Position numbers and translations under genes: made by a program. Below are positions 51,228 through 60,797 of a DNA stretch of 64,000 nt, piece after piece. The notes beneath the pieces were generated by a model that worked only from the letters and a program-made list of their open reading frames with translations, did not search any database and was not told the DNA's origin. Every line of letters starts with the position of its first letter. Position 1 is the first letter of the stretch. The stretch comes from Anaerolineales bacterium (GTDB lineage: Bacteria > Chloroflexota > Anaerolineae > Anaerolineales > RBG-16-64-43). The stretch lies in contig JAFGCU010000120.1 of assembly GCA_016932475.1 (NCBI GenBank), positions 4,562 to 68,561 on the forward strand, in the 5' to 3' direction.

Positions 51228-52247
51228 TCATTGGCCGATGAGATCCATACACAGACCTGAAGAGGAGCGAATAACCAGTTCCGTCGGCAGGACCAGACGA
51301 TGCGGCGGAGCCGTTCCCTCATTAACAATCTGGATCAGCGTTTCCGCGGCCAATTGCCCCATTCCCTGAATACTTTGGCGGACCGTGGTAAGCGGCGGAT
51401 CCATGTGCGCGGCCGATGGAATGTCGTCGAATCCCACAACGGCCACATCTTCCGGAATTCGTTTGCCCGATTCCCGCAATGCGCGCAACGCGCCCACGGC
51501 CATGGTGTCGCTCGCGACAAAAACGGCATCCGGGTTCTGAGGTATCAGGCGCATCATGCTGGTGTATCCGCCGCTTTCCGAAAAGTCACCCTCCACGATA
51601 AGAGCCGGGTCGGGGCTCATGCCGCGCTCGTGGAATGCATGTTCATAGCCTTCCCGGCGGTCGATCCCGGCGATCATGTTGTTTGGACCGGTGATGGTGG
51701 CCACCCGGCAACGGCCCAGGCGGAGCAGGTGCACGACCGCTTCGCGCGCGCCTTGAAAGTTGTCGGCATCCAGATAACTCAGATCGGTTCGTGTGGGATG
51801 GCGCCCGATGAGCAGGAACGGCAGACCGGCCTTGGTCAGGGCCTCAAGGATGGGATCATCAATGAGATAGGAGGCAATGACCATACCGTCCAGGAGGCTG
51901 TCCGAAACCAATTGATGGATTTTATTTTGTTCTTGTTCCGGATTGGTCAACCACAACATGACCGAATAATCTCGGGCGTTGCAAACCGCGGTGATGCCTT
52001 GAATAAGCCTTGGATAATACGGATCGGTGAAAAGCGAAGACTGCGCAGTCGGCAACACCAAACCAATAATTCTTGTCCGCCCGGAAGCCAACCCCCGCGC
52101 CACGGAATTGGGCCGATAATTCACTTTCCGAATAACTTCCTTGATACGCGCGCGGGTAGATTCCTTTACATTCGGGTCGTTATTGATCACACGGGAAACC
52201 GTGGACCGCGATACGCCGCTCAGCTTGGCGACTTCTTCAATCAACAT
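51228..52247 (-). CDS. LacI-family transcriptional regulator
   Basis: MLIEEVAKLSGVSRSTVSRVINN is the HTH, followed by a sugar-binding fold. Confidence 0.85.
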   Translation of the reverse strand: MLIEEVAKLSGVSRSTVSRVINNDPNVKESTRARIKEVIRKVNYRPNSVARGLASGRTRIIGLVLPTAQSSLFTDPYYPRLIQGITAVCNARDYSVMLWLTNPEQEQNKIHQLVSDSLLDGMVIASYLIDDPILEALTKAGLPFLLIGRHPTRTDLSYLDADNFQGAREAVVHLLRLGRCRVATITGPNNMIAGIDRREGYEHAFHERGMSPDPALIVEGDFSESGGYTSMMRLIPQNPDAVFVASDTMAVGALRALRESGKRIPEDVAVVGFDDIPSAAHMDPPLTTVRQSIQGMGQLAAETLIQIVNEGTAPPHRLVLPTELVIRSSSGLCMDLIGQ

Positions 52248-52308
52248 TCAGGAGGGCTCCCGAAAAAGGTGAGGCCGGTAATTCAGGTAGTAGGAAAAAC
52301 CATAAAAA

Positions 52309-52326
52309 ATTGGGACCGCTCCCAAT
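52309..52326. promoter_or_regulatory. LacI-type operator candidate upstream of the LacI gene at 51228-52247
   Basis: attgggacc|gctcccaat is an 18-bp palindrome with one mismatched pair and a central CG, about 62 nt upstream of the start. Confidence 0.4.
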
Positions 52327-52716
52327 ATTAGAGTAAAAAATGGCAATTGTCAATGGTTTTTGATTCCATTTGACTCATATATTACCCCTGTTTTTAGCCA
52401 TTTTTGAAGATCCTGCTGTGGTTGGCAGAAAATGACTAAACGCGTTTGCGAATGGAAGCGCTTCCATTTCCTCTGTAGGATTCCAGGTAGGACCTGATAT
52501 CTGTCAGTGGTCGCGCAATCATCTTATCAGGCTGCTCGCCGGTTCTGGATCTGATCCGTGAAGCAGGCGGGCGGTGGAAATATCCTTCCAATCGATATTC
52601 GCGGATTCCATCCCCTTCTACCGGCCCAGCCCGGTTGGATAAAATGCGGATATTCGGACGCACGGATTTTTCGGCGACGAAATAATCGCGAAGGCCCGAT
52701 TGGATCCCGCCCGGCC

Positions 52717-52745
52717 TTGAAGCGATCGGTGCAAGACACTATAAT
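52717..52745 (+). promoter_or_regulatory. Sigma70-like promoter giving a leaderless deacetylase mRNA
   Basis: TTGAAG (52717-52722), a 17-nt spacer, then TATAAT (52740-52745). Only 7 nt separate the -10 box from the ATG at 52753. Confidence 0.45.
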
Positions 52746-52752
52746 CCGCGCC

Positions 52753-53895
52753 ATGGCATCCCGGAGATCCCTCTTCCTGTACTGCACCGAGCTCGAAAGG
52801 CTTCCTTTCCCCACCGACCATCCATTTAATACGATCCGCGCGCCCAAGACCCGGGAATTGATCCGCTCGATGGGTTGGCTTTCGGGCGGGGATCACGCCG
52901 AAGCCGGGTGCGAACCCGCCGCCCGCGCGGTGCTCGAAAAATTCCACACCCGCCGCTACCTGGACGCGCTCCAGAACGCCTCGCAAGGCGGGTGGGAATA
53001 CGACGTCTTGAGCATGGGTATCGGGACGTCGGATTGTCCGGTGTTCCCGGGGATGTACGAACACTCGCTCCTGGCCGCCGGCGCCTCCCTCGCGGGGGCG
53101 GCCGCAATCCTGGAAAACCGCGCGGACGCGGTTTTCAATCCGCATGGCGGCTTCCATCATGCCTTCCCGGAGCGCGCGGCGGGCTTCTGCTACATCAACG
53201 ATCCCGCGCTTGCATGCATGGCGCTGGCGGACGCCGGAAAACGCGTCTTTTATCTGGATATAGACGTCCATAACGGCGACGGGGTCGCCTTCGCCTTCCA
53301 GGACCGGGCGGACGTGATGACGGTTTCATTCCACGAAAATCCACGGATCCTCTTCCCGGGAACCGGATTTGAACACGAGATCGGTTCGGGAAAGGGCTTG
53401 GGCTTCTGCGTCAACCTGCCCCTGCCGGTCGGGACATACGACGAGGCTTATCTCGGCGCGTTCGAGGAAGTCGCGGTTCCGTTGATCAAGGTATTCCGGC
53501 CGGATGTGTTCGTCGTGGAATTCGGCGCCGATGGATTGGCGCAGGACCCGCTCGCCCATCTGCAATTAACCAATAATGTCTATGCGGACATTCTAAGCAG
53601 GCTGCTGGCGTTTGAAAAACCGATCCTGATGACGGGCGGCGGCGGATACAACGTGGAGAACACCGTCCGCGCCTGGGCACTGGCCTGGAGCGTGCTTTCC
53701 GGCCAGGATGACAACGATTACGGAAACGCCGGGCTGGGCGGGGTGATGCTGGGAAGCACGGAATGGAAGGGCGGATTGCGGGACAGGGAATTGGTCATCC
53801 CGGAGCAGCAACGCGAAGCGGTTACCCAGGCATTGGCTTATACCGTCAAGAAGGTTAAGTCATTGGTATTCCCGATCCACGGAATTAAAACGTAG
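52753..53895 (+). CDS. Histone deacetylase-family protein (AcuC-like deacetylase)
   Basis: Contains PHGGFHHAFPERAAGFCYIND and YLDIDVHNGDGV, then GGGGYN. 380 aa. Confidence 0.8.
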   Translation: MASRRSLFLYCTELERLPFPTDHPFNTIRAPKTRELIRSMGWLSGGDHAEAGCEPAARAVLEKFHTRRYLDALQNASQGGWEYDVLSMGIGTSDCPVFPGMYEHSLLAAGASLAGAAAILENRADAVFNPHGGFHHAFPERAAGFCYINDPALACMALADAGKRVFYLDIDVHNGDGVAFAFQDRADVMTVSFHENPRILFPGTGFEHEIGSGKGLGFCVNLPLPVGTYDEAYLGAFEEVAVPLIKVFRPDVFVVEFGADGLAQDPLAHLQLTNNVYADILSRLLAFEKPILMTGGGGYNVENTVRAWALAWSVLSGQDDNDYGNAGLGGVMLGSTEWKGGLRDRELVIPEQQREAVTQALAYTVKKVKSLVFPIHGIKT

Positions 53896-54027
53896 GGGCG
53901 AGGCAGTCGCCTCGCCCGTTCCATATTAATTATTGGTATTCCCATTGCATGGATTGAAACCGGAAATTTACCCGTTGGGGCGAGCCGTCTCCATTAACGG
54001 CCGTAGGGGCACGGCGCCCCTGCGATA

Positions 54028-55416
54028 TTATTTCCCCCGCGCCGGAGGCCGGATCAACGTCACCAGGCCCGCCGCGACCAGGCAGGCGATTCCGGCTGCG
54101 ACGAATGCCAAGCGGTAATCCCCGACCGTGAAGAATTTTTCCGCGATTGTCCCGGCCGCATCCGTCACCTCGTACGTCACCTTGTCGACAACGCGCATCA
54201 GCGAAGCCGCGAGGTACGGCCCGGCAATCCCGCCCGCCCCGTAGGCCGTGAACATCACGCCGTAATTCACCCCGATGTGCTTGGTCCCGAAGTAATCGGC
54301 CGTCAGCGCGGGGTACAAGGCGAGGAAGCCGCCGAAACACAGGCCGATGAGCGAAACCATCGCCAGATAGAACGGGTACGCGTGCAACCAATCCAAAATC
54401 AGCAGCGCGACGCCGCACAGGACGAAGATCACCACAAGCGTGACCTTGCGCCCGATCTTATCCGAGATCACTCCCCACGCGATCCGGCCCGCGGAATTGA
54501 AGATGGCGATAATCGAGACGGCCATCGCCGCGGCCGTGGCCGTCAGGCCGAAGTCGACGGCGGAAATCGGCGGCGTCATGGAGCCCAAGCTGAAGGACTG
54601 CCAGATGGGCGAGGCCTTCATGATGATCTGCAAGCCGCCCGAGCAGGCGATGAAGTAGGTCACCCACAGCAACCAGAACGCCGGCGTGCGCACCATATCC
54701 ATCGGGGAGCATTCGGTTTTGGAGGCGGCCGCGGCGGGAGTCTTTGCCTGCGGCGGAACCCAACCGGCGGGAACATACCCGGGCGGCGGATTGCGCAGGA
54801 GCTGGGCGCCGGCCACCACGCAGACGAGGAAGATAATTCCCAGGATCAGGAAGGTGTTGAATATGCCGATCTGCGGCAGGGTGAATAATTTCGCCCCCAG
54901 CAGTTCGTAGGCCCCGCCCGAGATCAGCGCCTTGGCCAGCGGCGCGAAAAAGAAGGCGCCGGCGCCGAAGCCCGCCACCGCCAGGCCGGTGATCAGCCCG
55001 CGCTTGTCCGGGAACCATTTGACGCACGTGGCGATCGGGCATACGTACCCGGCGCCGATCCCGACCCCGCCGAGGATCGAAAAGGTCGCGATCAGCCACA
55101 CCAGGGCGGTGCCCGACGGGAAAAGCTCGGTGAACTTCGCGAGAATCAGGCCCGCACCGAGGATGATCCCGCCGGCGGTCGCCACGATCCGCGGACCCAC
55201 CCGGTCCTGGATCCGCCCGGCCAGAATCACCGCCAGGGCGAACGCCGCCAGCACGATCTGGGCCGGGAGCGTGACCTGCGTCTCGCTCCAATCCTGATAG
55301 ACGGACTTGAGGGGAGTCTGGAACACGCTCCAGATGTACACCGCGCCGAGGCTGACCTGGATCACCAGCGCGCCGGCCACGACCCACCAGCGGTTCATGG
55401 TTTTCTCGCCTGTCAT
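54028..55416 (-). CDS. MFS transporter, oxalate/formate antiporter (OFA)-like
   Basis: NRWWVVAGALVIQVSLGAVYIWSVF is typical of the OFA family. 12 TM segments. AAGGAGGA precedes the ATG at 55416. Confidence 0.8.
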   Translation of the reverse strand: MTGEKTMNRWWVVAGALVIQVSLGAVYIWSVFQTPLKSVYQDWSETQVTLPAQIVLAAFALAVILAGRIQDRVGPRIVATAGGIILGAGLILAKFTELFPSGTALVWLIATFSILGGVGIGAGYVCPIATCVKWFPDKRGLITGLAVAGFGAGAFFFAPLAKALISGGAYELLGAKLFTLPQIGIFNTFLILGIIFLVCVVAGAQLLRNPPPGYVPAGWVPPQAKTPAAAASKTECSPMDMVRTPAFWLLWVTYFIACSGGLQIIMKASPIWQSFSLGSMTPPISAVDFGLTATAAAMAVSIIAIFNSAGRIAWGVISDKIGRKVTLVVIFVLCGVALLILDWLHAYPFYLAMVSLIGLCFGGFLALYPALTADYFGTKHIGVNYGVMFTAYGAGGIAGPYLAASLMRVVDKVTYEVTDAAGTIAEKFFTVGDYRLAFVAAGIACLVAAGLVTLIRPPARGK

Positions 55417-55484
55417 GGTTTTTTCCTCCTTGAAGATATATCTTCGTCGGAATTCTCCTCCTCATCCCATCCTTCTCCCAGAGC

Positions 55485-55549
55485 CTGCCCTCGCGGAGTG
55501 CGCAGGTTCGGTTTGATCCTGGAACCTGCGCGACCACAAAGCGAGGGTA
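55485..55549 (+). repeat. Nested-hairpin intergenic repeat, family A copy 4
   Basis: Outer stem ccctcgc/gcgaggg (55488-55494 / 55541-55547). Inner stem gcgcaggttc/gaacctgcgc. Confidence 0.85.
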
Positions 55550-55666
55550 CGCTGGGAAAAGGGCGGATGAGGAGGGTACGAAGTCGAAAGACCGTTGCGA
55601 TATAAACAAACGGCCGGACGCTTTTTCTTCTGCGTCCGGCCGCGGGTCGACCGAAATGCGCGCGGT

Positions 55667-57655
<1,989 letters not shown>

Positions 57656-57856
57656 AGCATTCTCCTAGGGGTATGCCAGCGGCAAAAAGCCTTCGGAGGG
57701 CTGTATGCGCTCTCCGATCACGCAGTTTGCCGTTGGCTTTGGGATCCGTGAAGGTGTTAACCGGCGGCCGTGACGTCCTCCGCCCCCGGGGTTCACACAA
57801 CCGGGTAATTCTAGCCGCGCGGAGGGGGAGTGTCAATCCCGGCCGGCTTCGGAGCA

Positions 57857-57948
57857 GACAGGATTACCAGGATTTTTATCAGGATATTCAGGAAGGTAGT
57901 AAATTATAAAAAACCTGTAAATCCTGAACCAATCCTGCAATTCCTGTC
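57857..57948. repeat. Imperfect inverted repeat built from four CAGGA(T/A) units per arm
   Basis: The left arm (57857-57892) has caggat at 57859, 57868 and 57880 and caggaa at 57889. The right arm (57914-57948) is the mirror image. The AT-rich loop contains TATAAT on the minus strand. The repeat abuts the GH94 stop codon. Confidence 0.8.
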
Positions 57949-60392
57949 TAATATATCGTCGCCTCGACCGCCACCTCGTCCGTGCCCGGCGCCGGCAGCG
58001 GGATGGTGTTCCCGGACACCGCCTTGCCGTCGACCATGAGCGAGACCGAATTGCCCTTCCCGCTGCGTTTGACCGAGATGCGGTAGGTGACCCCCCGGTA
58101 TTTGCGGACAGCCGTAAAACCCTTCCAGAGCGACGGGATCACGGGCGCAATCTGGAGGCCTTTCAGCGTCGGGCGGATCCCCAGGATGAATTGCGTGACC
58201 GCGTAGAAATTCCAGGCCGCGGTGCCGGTCAGCCAGGAGTTCTTCGCCTCGCCGTGCGTCGGCGCGTCGCGCCCCGCAATCATCTGCGGGTAGACGTACG
58301 GCTCGCAGCGGTGCACCTCGCCGATGCCCTCGCGCGCGGAAGGGTTGATCCGGGTGTAATACTCGTGAGCCTGGTCGCCGTTGCCGGTCATCGTTTCGGC
58401 AATGATGATCCACGGATTGTTATGACAGAAGATGCCGGCGTTCTCCTTGTACCCCGGCGGATAGGAGGAAATCTCGCCGTATTCGATGTAATAGCGGGTG
58501 AAGGCCGGCTGGTTGAGGACGATCCCGTGCCTGGTTGCGAGCCGGGTCTTGACCGATTCAAGCGCCTTCTGCGCCATCCCGTCTTGGAGCCCGATCCCGG
58601 CCATGACGCACATGCCCTGGCTCTCGATGAAGATCTGGCCTTCTTGGCATTCCTTCGAACCCACCTTGCGGCCGAAATCGTCGTAGGCCCGGACGAACCA
58701 CTCGCCGTCCCAGCCGTGCTTGCGGACGGTCTCCTTCATCCGCTCGGCTTCCCAGCGGCAGCGCTTGGCGTCCCCGCGGCGGTCGAGCATCTCCGCCAGG
58801 TCCGCCAGCTCGTTCGCCGCGAGCACGAACAGACCGCCGATGAAAACCGACTCGGCCGTCTTGCCATCCTTGCTGGTCGTGGTCTGGAAGGATTGGCCAG
58901 GCGTGTCGGAAAAGCAATTTAAATTAAGGCAGTCGTTCCAGTCCGCGCGGCCGATGAGTGGCAGCTTGTGGGGCCCAAGGCGGTCGAGCGTGTACTGGAG
59001 CGATCGCCGGAGATGGTCATAGAGCGGCTTCTCGCTGCCGGGTTCGTTCTCGTACGGCACCTTCTCGTCCAAGATCGACGTATCGCCCGTTTCCTTTATG
59101 TAGGTGTTGACGCCCAGGATCAGCCACAGCGGGTCGTCGTTGAAGCCGCTGCCGACATCGTTGTTGCCGCGCTTGGTCAGCGGCTGGTACTGGTGGAACG
59201 CCCCGCCGCTTTTTAGCTGCGTCGCCGCCAGGTCCAGGATCCGTTCCCGGGCCCGCGACGGGACCATCTGGACAAACCCCAGCAGGTCCTGGTTCGAATC
59301 GCGGAACCCGAGGCCCCGCCCGACGCCGGATTCATAAAACGAAGCCGAGCGCGACATGTTGAAGGTGGCCATGCACTGGTACGCGTTCCAGATGTTCACC
59401 ATCCGGTTGGTGTGCAGGTCGGGCGTATCAACCTGGATCACCGAGAGGGTCTCATCCCAGTATTGCCGCAGCGCGCGGAAGGCCGCTTCCACGTTTTGCA
59501 CGTCGCGGTATTTCGCGACCACCATTTCGGCGTTTTGTTTGTTGACGGTTTGGGAATCCGCCGGAAGGAACTTCCGGTCTTTCGGATTCTCCTGATACCC
59601 GAGAATGAAGACGATCTGTTTGGTTTGTCCGGGCTTCAGGCTGATCTTTACGTGGTGCGATCCGATCGGAGCCCAGCCGTGGGCGATGGAATTGGCCGAG
59701 CGGCCGCTTTCCACAACCGCCGGGTTATCCCAGCCGCGGTAGGCTCCGAGGAATGCCTCGCGCTGGGTGTCGAACCCGGCGAGTTTCTCGGAGCAGGCGA
59801 AGTAGGCGAAGTGATCCCGGCGTTCGCGGTATTCCGTCTTGTGGTAAATCACGCCGTCTTCGACCTCGACCTGCCCGGTGTTGAAATTCCGCTGGAAGTT
59901 GGTCTGGTCGTCCCAGGCGTCCCACAGGCAGAACTCGATCGAGGAAAACACCGAAAGCTTGGCGGGCTTCTTGCGGCGGTTGGTGACGGTCAACTGCCAG
60001 ATTTCCAAATTCTCGCCCATCGGCACGAAGTAGCGGGTGCTGGCTTCGATCCCTTCGTACGTCGATCCGATGGTGGTGTAACCCATCCCGTGCCGGCAGG
60101 AGTAACGCTCGGCCTTGTGGCGGGTCGGCATCCAGGAAGGCGACCAGAATTCACCGCTCGCGGCGTCGCGCATGTAAATGTATCGCCCGCCCATGTCGAA
60201 CGGCGCGTTGTTGTACCGGTAGCGGGTGATCCGCCGCAGGCGCGCGTCCTTATAAAAGGAATATCCTCCGGCGGTATTGGAAATTAATCCGAAGTAGGCT
60301 TCGCAGCCGAGGTAGTTGATCCACGGCAGGGGTGTGTCGGGCCGGGTGATGATGTACTCTCTGCGTTTGTCGTCAAACTTGCCGTAGCGCAT
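57948..60392 (-). CDS. GH94 cellobiose/chitobiose/cellodextrin phosphorylase
   Basis: MRYGKFDDKRREYIITRPDTPLPWINYLG is the typical GH94 N-terminus. 814 aa. AGGAG precedes the ATG at 60392. Confidence 0.88.
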   Translation of the reverse strand: MRYGKFDDKRREYIITRPDTPLPWINYLGCEAYFGLISNTAGGYSFYKDARLRRITRYRYNNAPFDMGGRYIYMRDAASGEFWSPSWMPTRHKAERYSCRHGMGYTTIGSTYEGIEASTRYFVPMGENLEIWQLTVTNRRKKPAKLSVFSSIEFCLWDAWDDQTNFQRNFNTGQVEVEDGVIYHKTEYRERRDHFAYFACSEKLAGFDTQREAFLGAYRGWDNPAVVESGRSANSIAHGWAPIGSHHVKISLKPGQTKQIVFILGYQENPKDRKFLPADSQTVNKQNAEMVVAKYRDVQNVEAAFRALRQYWDETLSVIQVDTPDLHTNRMVNIWNAYQCMATFNMSRSASFYESGVGRGLGFRDSNQDLLGFVQMVPSRARERILDLAATQLKSGGAFHQYQPLTKRGNNDVGSGFNDDPLWLILGVNTYIKETGDTSILDEKVPYENEPGSEKPLYDHLRRSLQYTLDRLGPHKLPLIGRADWNDCLNLNCFSDTPGQSFQTTTSKDGKTAESVFIGGLFVLAANELADLAEMLDRRGDAKRCRWEAERMKETVRKHGWDGEWFVRAYDDFGRKVGSKECQEGQIFIESQGMCVMAGIGLQDGMAQKALESVKTRLATRHGIVLNQPAFTRYYIEYGEISSYPPGYKENAGIFCHNNPWIIIAETMTGNGDQAHEYYTRINPSAREGIGEVHRCEPYVYPQMIAGRDAPTHGEAKNSWLTGTAAWNFYAVTQFILGIRPTLKGLQIAPVIPSLWKGFTAVRKYRGVTYRISVKRSGKGNSVSLMVDGKAVSGNTIPLPAPGTDEVAVEATIY

Positions 60393-60797
60393 TAACAAAT
60401 CTCCTGGATTCCGTTTTTTCCCCCGGGAAAATCCCCGGGTTGCTGTTCGGGCCGTATTATATCCCGCTCGCGGAGGGGGCTTGCATTCGTCTTTCGCAAA
60501 GAGCATGTCCCCCTGGCATAAATCGCCGGAACCGGCTCGCCATCGCAAGCTTCGCGAGGGATGGGATCAGGCATCCCCCGCGGGAGAAGGCGGCATGGTT
60601 TACCGCCTTTCTCCGCCAAATCCCGTCACTTCGGGGCGGAGGATGGAATTATTGTTTTCTTTACGCCGGAGCCTTATGCGGGAACCTAGAATCAGAATTG
60701 CCGGGCTGGATGGTCCGGAGAATCCATCCCGCTTCCGCAACCGCGCGGAGGATCCATTTGTGTCGCGCGGTGCGATCATAGAAAAGCGAAAAAAGAC

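Noticed and set aside
60393-60797. Possible c-di-GMP riboswitch in the 405-bp divergent region upstream of the GT2 fusion (contains cgcaaag and several hairpins).
   Set aside because: Only a 7-nt fragment resembles the GEMM-I ACGCAAAGC box. The GGCAAACC box and the tetraloop/receptor arrangement are absent on both strands.
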